This document shows positions 39,641 through 51,539 of a stretch of 64,000 nt of DNA, piece by piece. The stretch lies in NCBI RefSeq assembly GCF_036321535.1, contig NC_087437.1:80168001-80232000 (forward strand), written 5' to 3'. The translations under genes and the position numbers were made by a program. Position 1 is the stretch's first letter, and each line of letters starts with the position of its first letter. The stretch is from Camelus dromedarius. Taxonomy: Eukaryota. The notes under the pieces are model-generated. The model worked only from the letters and a program-made list of their open reading frames with translations. It ran no database searches and had not been told where the DNA came from.

Positions 39641-40237
39641 TGGAATGTCAGTTAGTGCTGAAGTGTCTTACCAATTATGGGTGACCATCTGAATTTAGTC
39701 TTGGTCAATATTCCAATATCATTGTCATTTGTTGCCTAAACCAGCATCTAAATACTTTTCCTATTTGATGCATTCTTTACTATACGAATCACGGTAAAAG
39801 GCAGAAACTAATACCACCTGAGGAGCCGGAAATGCCAGCCCCTCGAATATATGCCCGCAACTCTGTTAACCCAATGCACCTGCACGGAGGCAGCTGCTCC
39901 CCCTCCGCTGCTGGCAGGACTTCCTTGGGACGTGGGGCTGGCAGAGTGGACTGAAAGTGAAGCCCAACAGTAGATCCAGCTGTAAAAAGCTAAAAGATGC
40001 CCAAACCAGGCAAAGGCAGGGACTGCTATTTGATGATGATGAAGGAGTACAACCTTTGCATAAAATCAAAAGGTCTTACCAACAGCCTTATACCTCAAGC
40101 CAGTGTTTTCCACTAGTGTTCAAAGGTACAAAATTCATCCATTTTACCTGTGGGTCTTAATGACACATCAGCTTCCCCCTTAGCTTCATGGGATCAACTT
40201 GATAAACAACCCCGAAGTGTTTTTTTTCTGTGCTCCT

Positions 40238-40271
40238 CTACCTCCATCTAGTGGATGGAGAGTTAACTGCA
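40238..40271 (-). promoter_or_regulatory. CTCF-like core with upstream TGCAG module
   Basis: Minus strand reads TGCAG-N12-CCACTAGATGGAGGTAG. Confidence 0.5.
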
Positions 40272-41916
40272 GCTTTGGCTTCCCTGAAATCTGCAATTAG
40301 TGCAGACTTTTTCCTTGGTCTGTAACTGCAAATCTGTTCAGGCTTTTGCAGCTGAAAAACACTCCTACTTCCCATGGGGCAGAATATCTATCTAGCTATG
40401 GAAAGCCAGTACCTCGAGGTATCCATTCTGCCCAGGGCTAGAACAACACATTCTGAATTTGTTGATCTAGCAATAACTGAAAAAGTTGGTATTTACAGTT
40501 ATCACCTATTGAAAACTCTACCTTTAAATATTTTAATCTTGCTGAGAATTTCTGCTTCACTGAAGTACACACAAAAATAAAGCACAGAGATGTAGCAACA
40601 GAGAATCAAAAAAAAATGTTGAGCTGAGGAATTCTTAATGAGTTAAGATGGAAAATTAAAGCAGAGCAAAGGAAACACAGGAGATAGAGTGCAAAGAACT
40701 TAGTTTCGAGCCAGGGTCACCAGTGCAGAGTTATGAGCTGCTGTGTCTCCTTCGCTCCTTTCTCTCAAGGTCATTCCACCTGCCCATCCAGCTCTGTCCT
40801 CCTTCTCCAGACTTATTATGGCTTTTTTTCCCATCAGCAAAAAGTTAACCTTTTCCACTGACAAAAATCAATGAAACAAAGAATCACAGACTGTTTCAGG
40901 AAAAATATTTCTACAGATGATCTAGTTTCACTTCTCTCTTTCTATGTGTAGGTTTTAGGTACTTTCAGTAACTTGGCTACAGCCCTAAAGCCAGCTAGTT
41001 ACAGAGCCGGTGGAAGGTAACTGCAACGCAACTCTGCAACGCCGCAAGAAGAAAGGGCTGTGCTGTCACGGGGCAAAGGCCACCGTGTGGGGCAGCGTCC
41101 ACAGGACTTCCAGGTGAGAAATCATGTTTTGACTCGGGGGAATCTTTGTCAGGAACAACAGATGTCAGTCTTTCTTTACTTTTTTCCCTGCATGTCTGTT
41201 CCTGCCCTGGAGAAATGTCTTCAGGAAGCTGGCGGGTCACAAAATGTCTGGAAACCTATGTGCAATGTCTTCCAAAATGGTAGGTATTACCTCTGGGAAA
41301 ACTACAGACTGCCCATCTGAAGGCATGAAACTTAATCACTGCGAGCCATATGTTGCCCAAGAAGACTACTTCTGAAGGCCTTGTTTAGCTTGGTGACAGT
41401 CAGGTCACAGCCCATAGTCTCTGGCATCACCAAGGGAGATTTCCAGTGTAAGGCTTCCAGAGTGACTATCAATGAATCATTTCCAATCAAGGAAACTGAG
41501 TTCTACTACACCCATCCTCTCTAAGTCCATGTTGAAGAGGAATGATAAAAAGAAGAGGAAAGCAAAACATATAGGGACAATACACAGCACAATTTTAGTG
41601 TCTTTCCTAGGCAGACCAAGCCCATGGCAGAGTAGAAACTATAAAACAGGGTAGATTGGAATATAACTGATCATTCCATTCAGCACACACTCCATGTGCC
41701 ATCTGGCAGACTTGTGTAATTGATTGCCACAGGACATAATTATTTTAAAAGACAATTAATATGATTATCAGTAATGAAGTTTTTATCTGTGCAAACTAGG
41801 AGATGGGCAATGAGGTGAAGAAAGTAACCAAGCTTCCAAAATCAGAATGCAAGATGCACCATTCGGGAAGCTAGAGAGAGGAGCCCACTACCTGGAAACA
41901 CTGCAATTCAGAGATT

Positions 41917-41950
41917 TGTGGTGTCCCCCTCATCCACTAGATGGTAGTCC
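41917..41950 (+). promoter_or_regulatory. CTCF-like core with degenerate upstream module
   Basis: TGTGG-N12-CCACTAGATGGTAGT. Confidence 0.55.
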
Positions 41951-42069
41951 CGTTTCCAGAAATAGCTCTTAGATTACACAGAATTTGAACCTCCTCTCTT
42001 ATGTACATAATCTGTTGTTCAGGGTTTTATCAATTGATTAAACGAAGGGACAAAAAGGGAATATTGCTG

Positions 42070-42725
42070 AGCATCTATTTGATTGAGCACCAGGCAGCTT
42101 GCTGGATACATGTTGTCTATCCTCTATTTTAAACCTCACAACCAATTCTATAAGGGAGGTTAAGGTAATTAGACCATGATCACGCAGCTGATAAGAGATT
42201 GTGGCAAGCGGAATAATGGCCCCAAGGATGTCCATGTCCTGATCCCTCGCCTGTGAATGTTACCTTATGTGGCCAAAGAAACTTTGCGGCTATGATTAAA
42301 TTAAGGGTCTTGAGATGGCAAGATTATCCAGTTGTCTTCTAAATGTAATCATGTTTATCTTTATAAGAGGGAAATTTGACTACAGAAGAAAAGGTGATAT
42401 GACCATGGAAGCAGAGACTAGGGTGATGCAGGCAGGATCCAAGGAATGCTGGCAACCCCAAGACATAGAGGAGGCAAGAAGAGGATTCTCCCCTGGAGTT
42501 TCCAGAAGGAAGCAACCCTGCCTACCCCTTGTGGCCCCTTGAGACTCATTTTGGAGTTTTAACCTCCAGAAGTGTAGGAGAATAAATTTGTGTTGTGTTA
42601 AGCCACTAGGTTTGTGGTTATATGTTACAGCAGCAATAGAAATTAGTACAGAGATGAGCCAGAATTCTTACCCAATCTGCTCACACTTGAAGCCAGCATT
42701 CTTTTCACTACTTTACACTGCCTGC
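42070..42725 (-). mobile_element. MIR SINE split by an MLT1 LTR
   Basis: tttaaacctcacaaccaattctataaggg before the LTR; gagccagaattc...ttttcactactttacactgcc after it. Confidence 0.7.
42200..42650 (+). mobile_element. MaLR solo LTR, MLT1D-like, with perfect 5-bp TSD
   Basis: tgtggcaagcggaataatggccccaaggatgtcca...cagcagcaatagaaattagtaca; GAGAT at 42195-42199 and 42651-42655. Confidence 0.95.
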
Positions 42726-43149
42726 AATTTGATTAAAGATTTTGGAATTAAGTAAACAAAGATCGATGTCTTATTCCAATTTGAATATTCCCAAGATCTA
42801 GAACTGAGTATTGAATCAGATGAATGCATGTTGGTCTTCTAAAATCATTAGAATTATACCACTTGTTAATTATTGTCATAATGGTTCTAAACCATTCAAA
42901 GAAAAAAAATCAAAGAAACTCACCATTTAAGAACGGCTAACCCGAAGTCAGTAATTTTGACTAAGTTATTCCACATACTTTGAACTAAAATATTCAGATA
43001 TTGAGCTGAAAGTGCCTCGATGCTGTTGACTCACAGAATTCAGAAAGCCATTAGGTTTACATATCTCACCTTATCCTTATCTACACTTAAACATATATGC
43101 ATATTGGTTGTTCTTTGATGACACTGTCATATTAGCACAAAAATCTAGT

Positions 43150-43300
43150 CTGTACCATCAGTTAGATCTTCAACCTTGATCAAATCACCCAACATTTCTG
43201 GACCTCAGTGTCCTCACCTGCAGAATGGGGCAGTGGGTGGGAAGCTTGCCAAGCAGATCATCTCTAGGTTTTCTCCCAGTTTTAAGCTAAAGTGATGGCA
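43150..43300 (+). mobile_element. MIR SINE
   Basis: tctggacctcagtgtcctcacctgcagaatgggg. Confidence 0.75.
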
Positions 43301-43354
43301 GGATTCCCACAGCAAAGCTTCTAAGTAGATTTCAAGTGTGCTCATTATTACAAG

Positions 43355-43374
43355 GTGCCACTAGAGGTCAGATT
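43355..43374 (+). promoter_or_regulatory. CTCF-like core motif
   Basis: GTGCCACTAGAGGTCAGATT, one core mismatch to CCACTAGAGGGCAG. Confidence 0.45.
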
Positions 43375-45460
43375 AAGCTTAGTAATGCTGTCTAATCTGG
43401 TGTGTACAATGAGCAAATGCAAAAGCTTACCTGGTACATTAATGCCTTGCCAGCAGGCCTTCACCAGACCCTTCTGAGCTAATAAATGTTGGCCCCAGTG
43501 TTATAGAGTAAAATAGGAAAATCCCTGAAACCAAAATTACATTCATTAATCTGTAATTTGCAATTGCCTGGTACCAGAGTCCTCGTCTTTCTTTGTTTGC
43601 CTGAATGTTGTTAGTTGAATGTGTCACCTGAAGCTCTATGCTCCGCATTTGCTCCTGTTACTGTGCTAATCAATCAGCTACATGGAAGCGGGACTGCAAG
43701 ACTAAAAATGTTACCTGCATCCTCATTATGCATCTAGGGTAACTGTACTAAGAATATGTAACTATGTATATGGAATTTGATCCATTGTATGTATTTGAAG
43801 TGAAATGTAAAGGAATGAATGAAAAAGAAAACAATGAATAAAAGGAAAAACACATCGTCCTTGGATACTTGCCTTGTATCCAAGCTACCAATCAACTCTA
43901 GGCACAATGGCAAAGTCCATAAAATTAGATTTTTCCCCCCATCACTTCGTCACTCCCACTGTCTCTCTTCTCAACATTTTTAGTCAAACTATGCTCTCTG
44001 GAGAGATCCAAAGAACTCAAATGCAGTAAGATATAAGAATCTGACAATGCAATTTTGCTCCTCTGGGCACATTTGCATTTTGTCAGAGACCAAGGCCTAT
44101 TAATGGGTGGAATTCATAAGTAGAATTGCCATTATCCAGAAAGGTATTCATCTAGGGGACAGGATAATTGACAGCATCTTCAAAAATCTTCTCAAGAGCT
44201 GACACCATAAGCCAACGACAAAGGCTGGCCTTGCCTCCAATTAAGGCACACAGCCTGAGTGCCTAAGGCAGTCTCTCTCTCTTTTTTAACAGCATTTATT
44301 GATTATGCATCATTGCATGTGAGGTTCTGTGTGAACCTAAGGCAGGTTCCTGCCCTTGAGAAACACACTCAGCTGAGTTCCTGATTCTGAGAGCTCTGAG
44401 TTTGTTTCGCTAATTCATAGGATTGCTGCTTGAGGACCTAATGACTTCTCTCTGCATGATGCAGCAGGAGCCTCAGGACCACCTCCGCAGTAAGGCCTAC
44501 AGAATGGGGATGGTCTCCCGTATAACAGTAAATGACAGGGAAGGGGAGGGGGCTCCGAGAGTCATGCTGAAGGGATGGGTGCACAGGGCACTGACCTGAC
44601 CACCCGACCGGAGGCTTCAGATTATTCATAATTTCCGGATAGCTCTGTGGCATGAGGACAAGGCAAAATGTTCAAGTGGCTGTAACTTAGTAACACCAGA
44701 GTCAAGCAAATCTTAAAGCTTCGGGGACCTCTAAACTCTTAGGGTTCTGATGCACTAACACTCAGAATCACAGCCTGTCTCCAGTTTCCTCTACATGAAA
44801 TCACCATCATGGGTACATCTGCCTTAAAGCTGCCACGACGTACAAAAAGCACACAACAAAAATTCTCTTTGACGTTTACTGTCTCGGTAAACAGAAATAC
44901 CACCTCATATTTGCCTAGCACCTGGTAGTTTACAGAGTCACTCAGAAAATCCCTTCCCCTATCCTGTAAAGGTAAAACATCCTCACCTCACAGATTTTTG
45001 GAATTGGTAGAAGACGGTCTGCTCCACCCTCCCCTCCACACTTACCCTTCTCACTGCGCTGGATGAGGAACTGTGAGCACTTCCTGACCCCCACCCCACG
45101 CTCCCACCATCCAACACCACCTTTCATAAGCACCACTTTGCAGATGATGAAATCGAGACTCACACAGTTCAAAATTTCTCGGCAGCAGAAATTGTGCAAG
45201 TGGAGGAGCAGGGTCTGAAACTGGCTGGATTTTTCAACCCTCATTCCATGAAGCCTCTCAGCAGCACCCAACACTGTTGATGCCTGTTGCTTTCTCGAAC
45301 CCTCTCTCTCCAGGTTTTCACCACATTGCACCCTCGATTTTTCTGCTACCTCTGACCCCTTCTCATTCTCCTTAAGGAGTCAGAATTGGTCAGTCTTAGG
45401 TCTGAGCTCTCTTATCTACTCTATAGTCTCACCTTGTTTTGCCTCTTACTCTCATAGTTT

Positions 45461-45586
45461 CAGAAGTTTGTTTTACTGTTGTTGTTGTTGTCTGGGGGGG
45501 GTGTAATTAGGTTTATTTATTCATTTATTTTTAGAGGAGGTACTGGGGATTGAACCCTTATGCATGCTGAGCTACACCCTCCCCTT
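45461..45586 (-). mobile_element. tRNA-derived SINE resembling camelid vic-1, internally deleted
   Basis: Minus strand ggggagggtgtagctcag...GGGTTCAATCCCcagtacctcc...aataaataaacctaattacacccc; 15-bp TSD ttactctcatagttt at 45446-45460 and 45587-45601. Confidence 0.9.
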
Positions 45587-45894
45587 TTACTCTCATAGTT
45601 TTAAATATTACCTATGCTACATCTATTCCCAAGTTTATGTCTCTAAGCCATGACCCCTTTTTGAGTTCCCAGATTTATTCATTCAAATGTCGATTTCTCA
45701 TCTCCATCTTGATATTTCCAGGTCTTTATTTTCTCACCCTAACCACCTCTAAATTCTTCTTCATCTCTCACCCAGAAAATTGAGTTTTACCTCCAAACTC
45801 TTCCTCTCTCTTTCCTTCCACATTCAACCAAACAAAGTACTGTGGGGTCTACTCCCCAAATGCATCCTCAAAGCACTGCTTTTATCTTCAAATA

Positions 45895-46165
45895 TAAAAA
45901 TAAAATTATAAAACAATAGGAGAAAGTTGAACACTAAATATTTGAGAATATTTTCAATGTACCATGAATTTTTATGTGTTTAGTATAGCAATCATTTCTA
46001 GAAGTACATACTGAAATATATATAAATGATATGTTGTCTGAGAATGGATTTAAAATATAACCATGCAGTGATAACTCCTAAAACTAGGTGATAGCACATC
46101 AGGCTCATTATCCTCTTTTATTTTGTGTGCATTTGCAAAATTCCATAATAAAGTTATGGGAAAAT
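45895..46165 (+). mobile_element. Old L1 (L1MC/MD-like) 3' end
   Basis: tacatactgaaatatatataaatgatatgttgtctgag...ttttgtgtgcatttgcaaaattccataataaag. Confidence 0.7.
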
Positions 46166-46169
46166 GTTA

Positions 46170-48150
46170 TGGTTTGCCTCAAATAACATAAGGCAATAAG
46201 ACAATGTCAGACTTTATACTTTTATTCCAAGTAAGTTGTCAGCTTTATTAAGAGGGAAAAGCAATGGCAATTTAACCTAACAAGAATTTGCCCCAAATAA
46301 TTCAAATTATCAGGACGCTTCTGTGAAATACACACTCACGTCCACCATCTTTAAAGATTAACCTTGCCTTAAGTCGATATTGTGCCTTAAAATATCAGTG
46401 ATAGTCTGAGAGCCATCATAATTACCAAGACACACACTGATCATGCAGAACATGAAGACAAATGCCCACAGTTTTTTAGTGGTGGTTCAAAAACACCATG
46501 AAATAATTAACCCAGGCCTTTACAATATTTCACTAAACATGTAATACATATTAAATTTCCTACCTAAGCACAAAAGAAAAGCCATATACTATCAGTAAAC
46601 ATTGTCCTTCCTGCAGTAAGAACAGCTGATAAAATATGTGAGAAATAATACGGCTACAAATTGAAATACATTCTTTTGTCAGAAAATACTATTGGAAAAT
46701 ATGAAACTATTGCATATTTGAAGTAATAACTATTATTTGGTATGGGAGGTCTGTGACACAATTAGATGAAAGTATATCTGTTTTTCACATATATACTTAT
46801 GGTATATTCTAGATTTTTTCCAATAATGACATATATGAAATACTAATTTTCTTGTGAAGAACTAAAGGAAAAGTGTACTCAAAGACTTATTCAACTTAGT
46901 AAATTACTTCTTTCATGTGCATATGAACATAGTTTTAGCTAACTATTGAAGGAATAGAAGCTTTGAATGTAATAAAAAATAATAACAATTTAAGTTATTA
47001 GAATATGTTATGGATAGAGCAATGACATGAGATGTATGCACTGCCATTAAAAGACGATTACAGCAAAGAAGATGAAACAGAAGTCTGCAAAGCAGTACCG
47101 AATGTCAGCAACACAACTGATTTTACAAAAACAAGATTTCAACAATACTTCGTAATAAAATGGAGAGCAGTTATGACAGTCTCCTGCAGTTCTTGAAATT
47201 CCCTGGTTATCCATAGCAAAGCGCTTAAAAGGTATCAACCCTACTGACGAGACACCCATTTTTCTTTTACAAAGACGAGAGATCCAAACATGTGACCTTT
47301 TCTTTAATGACATGTGGCTATCTAAAGAAAGCACCCTTGCAGATAATTTTTTAAATGAATAAGTAAACAAACTTGTCTCTTCAAGTTAGAAGTGATGCTT
47401 CAATGCTAAGTAAGGCAGTGGTTGATGTTCAAAAGAAATTACAGGAAAAAGATTCTGAAAGTGACTATTAAGAAATATTTTCATTACTATGCATTTGCGT
47501 TGCTACAAATGATATGTATTACCCATAGCACACTTTATATTTTACATTTGCACACTTTAAAACATGAGAACAGAATTATTTAACCCAGATAAAAAGCCTC
47601 TAAATGAAATATTTCAGTAGATACTGCATCCATTTTGATGAATTTTAAAACACTAACTGATTGCCATAAGAGAAGATGAATATTACAAACTGAATTTCAA
47701 TAAAACTTCGGCATAACTGATGTGTGAGATTAAAAGCTGAGCATCACATAAAGCAGTAACAGCAAATGACATACTTCATCTGGGTATATATGTATTAGTG
47801 TGAGGTATCCTTTCCACTTAGAACATTATGCCATTAAAACCAAGTACTGACATGAACTATACTTGAAACTAGAACTTTGATTCTCAATATCAAGTTGTTT
47901 AATTATTTTAAAATAAAGATATTCAACAACACAAAGAAATATTATTGAAAATATACTTAGTTCTATCATTTAAAAATTATTTAAAATATGATTTATTTCA
48001 TCTTATCCTTTACTTCTACTCTTGTATGTGTTTTATAATGTGTATTTGTATGATTGTACATTCACATGAAGTAAGTATACATTTGGGGGATAGTTCACTA
48101 ATTTGTTTTGTCTGATGAAGTGCCCCCAGGAATTCAAGTGGAAGTTTAAA
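46170..48150 (+). mobile_element. hAT Charlie (Charlie4-like) DNA transposon with decayed transposase
   Basis: Manual translation in order: EKPYTISK (46576), LKYILLSENTIG (46661), EIPWLSIAKRLK (47195; cf. EVRWLSRGKVL), Y*CEVSF (47793; hAT dimerisation motif); many stops and frameshifts. Confidence 0.85.
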
Positions 48151-48750
48151 GTAGCCTCATGTTCTACCTTAAACGGCTCTTTGGGACCTCCTTCCCTCTG
48201 CTTATCAAAGTAAAATTAAGTTACAGTGAAGTTAAAGGACAGCCTTAGAGCCACAAGGAAGAACAGGGGATGTCATGAAGTTCAGTTCATAGAATACGTT
48301 TAAGGTATCTGTTGCCAGGTAGCCAGAACTGGGCCTTGGTGAGCGCAGACTGAAATGGAATGAGGAAACTGCACCTGAAGGTAGAATAAAGAATTGTTAG
48401 CAGCTAAATCCTCTCCACTATACTAACAACAGAAGCAATGCATAGTCTCGAACTTCCCTCATGTACATGGGCAAGAATCAGAAAACTGACTTATTAACAA
48501 GATTATTATTTTGGAGACTATTTTATGATTAGATCACCTTGGCAAATCTCCTGGATGACAAGTCTCTTATGCAATCTTCTGGTACTGGAATTTTCCCCGA
48601 ACCTTGACAAAGGGGTTTGTTAAGCAAATAAATAATATAAAGAAGAGCCTTCTCAAAAGAGAAGAATTTAGGAGTGCTCTATTAAGTCAACTGGTAGTGT
48701 CAATTAAGAATCATTCCTATCCAGTTACTAGGATACAAGATTCTCCTGCA

Positions 48751-48985
48751 CAGTGGCTTTCTAACTTTTAGATGAGGACTCACAGTAGGAAATGCATTCC
48801 TCAACCTATCCCAAGAAACACATGAATATGCAATTGAAAAGGATTTTACAAAACAATTTTTGCCCTTACTATGCAGAACAAAATGGAGCGTATTTATTTT
48901 ATTCCATTTTTAAAATTCTAGTCACACCTTCCTGAACTGATCCCCTTTCCACCAATGAGTCCGCCCCTGCAGTTTGTACATACTG
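48751..48985 (-). mobile_element. MER112-like hAT-Charlie MITE
   Basis: cagtggctttctaactttt...cacagtaggaaatgcatt...cccttactatgc...cctgcagtttgtacatactg with cagt/actg termini. Confidence 0.7.
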
Positions 48986-49344
48986 CTCTAGCCCCGACAG
49001 CCTAGCTCAGCAAGCCCTGATCACAGCATCATTCTACACATCTGAAGTTAACACAATTGCATTTCTTCTTCTTTAATATTATTACTATTCCATACTTTAA
49101 AAAGTTCCAGACAGGCTGTCCCTTCAGATTGGAGTGAGTCTGCAAAATTTCACTGACCTTAAAAGTTCTTCTGATGGAGAACCCAGAGCTAGGGGGTTGG
49201 AGCTTGGAGGACAGAAGGTATATACACAGGTGAGTGAGGGAGCTGCACACCAGGTCCAGGAAGGTAATATAAATTGGCTGAGCTTCCAGGTTCTGAGTTG
49301 GTATTACAACAGCATGACTGTATAATAAAGGGCAGCTCATAACA

Positions 49345-49580
49345 GACACATAGAGCACTTGCCAAATAGGCACTGCTGTAAGCACTTCACATGTATCGCC
49401 ATTTATTCTTCTAAAACTCAGTGAGGTAAGGACTATTGACAACCCCTTTTTATAGATGAAGAAAACAGAGGGTGGTTGGCCTATTAACTCTTCCATGGGC
49501 ACCAATGAGTAAGAAGTCTAACTGGGATTTGAACTGGGGCTCTCAGTTCCAGGAATCATGGTCTTAACCACTTACACTGT
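49345..49580 (-). mobile_element. MIR SINE
   Basis: ggcactgctgtaagcactt...ttttatagatgaagaaaacagagg...ctgggatttgaact...tcttaaccact. Confidence 0.85.
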
Positions 49581-49734
49581 CTATCTCTAGATCTTTTCCA
49601 AAATCCTCCATTTTTAAAAAATAATAAATAATTTTTTTACTTACATGCAGGTTAAATAAAACTTGTCCATGGGTTACATGTTGCCCCTGAGCTGGCTATT
49701 GCAAGCTCTGCCTTAGAGAACAGTGCCCCTATGG

Positions 49735-49905
49735 AGGGGCACTAACCTGGGAGTCAAAGGATGGGGCTCATGCCTGCCTCTGTCTTGCTGTGAACTTTGG
49801 GAAAATCTTGTTACCCGTCTGGGTTTCAGCATCCCTACCTTAAAAATGAAAGTCTTGAAGCAGATGATCTCTAAGGACCTGTCACTTACAACATCCTATG
49901 AGTCT
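49735..49905 (+). mobile_element. MIR/MIR3 SINE
   Basis: acctgggagtcaaagga...gctgtgaactttggg...cagatgatctctaagg. Confidence 0.7.
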
Positions 49906-50617
49906 AAGGCACTCAAGAGAAAAGGAGGCCTAAATCAAGAGAGAACACTGGAAATAAAGAGACTACATCTACCCAATGAGTGCAATGGAACCAGAAACAT
50001 GTGAGCAGAGATAGAACAGGGGGAAGAGCAGTGAAGAAACAGAAGACCTACAATGAGAAAAGGTTCATAGATGCTGAGATTGGATTAGTGAGTTCTTCTA
50101 GGATCCTATTAAAGAAAGCAAAATGTTGCAGGTAAGATTATAGTTGGAGAATATTTACATGACTTTTTTTTTCCTTTAAACTAAGGATGGGGGAAAAAGA
50201 CGACAAAGCCGAACAGACGGTAAAGACATGGCTTGAGTGTGGAGCAGGAAATGTCTAATGTAATCTTTGCCAGTTAACTGAGAAATTGGCACGGCTGGGG
50301 AATTGGAGATGGAGGTTGCAGGGAGTGAAACAAGAATGTACAAAGAGATCCTGGACAATCTCAGAAGAGTGGTATGCCTTACTGGCTCAGAATCAGGATC
50401 TGCAGACACTGCGCACGGCCAAAATGACTCCTGTCACTGGGCCATCTGTTATAAACCACTCCATTTTTCCCCAGAAACTCTTTTGGCAAGATGGATGTGA
50501 AACTGTGTGCTGAAAATCAGCCATGGAATGCCCAGAACTGAATTCATCCTGAAAATTAATTGCTTTTTGAAATCATCTTTCTGGAAAGGTTTTAAAGAGA
50601 GCCTCCTGGAAACTGGG

Positions 50618-50945
50618 AATTATGAAAATAAATAAAGAAACCTCATTTAATACAGAGTCATTAACGGGGGCATTGTCACTAACTACTCAGACCCCAGCAG
50701 GATAAGGAAGAATTTCTCCTTGCCCAGCAACAGCCTAGCCATTGAGAAGCAGTTACCACCTTGGATTCCTCAAAACAGCTCCTCCCAACTTTCTCTCTTC
50801 CTCCATAAAAGCAACCCCCTCTTCTCTGTTGTTTGGACTTGCTTTTGGTTCACCATGGTTTGCTTGTCCTCAATTGCAATTCTCTGTTATTTCCAAATAA
50901 ATTCATTTTGCTGATAAATAACTCTATTTTTTTTTAAGATCAACA
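50618..50945 (+). mobile_element. ERV1-like solo LTR (short or decayed)
   Basis: cccagcaacagcctagccattgagaa (CCAAT-like), CATAAAA near 50804, ttgcaattctctgttatttccaAATAAA near 50896, terminal caaca. Confidence 0.7.
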
Positions 50946-51539
50946 GAGTTAAGCAGATGGTCCCTGGGCATCCCTCACTGCCCAGGGAAGCCTACCCTAC
51001 TTCCTTCTGGGAATGGAGCAACATTGAAAGACATCTTTAAAACCCTGACTGGATATGAATTTCCTGTGAAACTGTGTGCCCTTAATTTGTACATAAATTA
51101 AGTCAGTTTTCTTTTTAATTGTGGCTCTTGTTTAAAACACTTACGAGGATGCTAAATTAAAATGCAGGTTCATAGGCCCCACCCTCGGGGAATGGGAGTT
51201 TTCACTCTTACCAAGCTTCCAGGCATAATGCAGGAAGAAGTTTCTGACTAAGTCCTCTGCCAGACTGTATTCTAAGGGGCTAACCTGAGATCCGCAGGCA
51301 CGAGGAACTGCTCCAGGAACCATTAAAGGCCAGAGACTCCAAGTTCTGTCACTTACAACTTCACCACTTATACCACTGATCTACCTCACATATTTGAGAA
51401 GTGAAAATTTCCTAAGAGGACATTCTTTTGCACCAAGATGTCTGAAGACCTTCCTTTTCTCCAAGTTATTGTTTCACGGTTGAGCGCCGACCTTCACGGT
51501 TTTCTTTTTGTCATCATCATTGAGTAATTGCCAAGTTGC

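Noticed and set aside
39229..39684. 151-aa ORF with an R/E/K-rich tail
   Set aside because: The open frame is explained by the stop-poor GA-rich tract
43860..43884. Perfect 9-bp inverted repeat cttggatac-N7-gtatccaag
   Set aside because: A stem of this length is plausible by chance in 64 kb, and there is no supporting context
45500..45586. tRNA gene
   Set aside because: B box present, but the cloverleaf is incomplete and the element has a SINE tail and TSD
49029..49505. 158-aa ORF
   Set aside because: Starts in a MIR; no homology recognised and no splice or codon support
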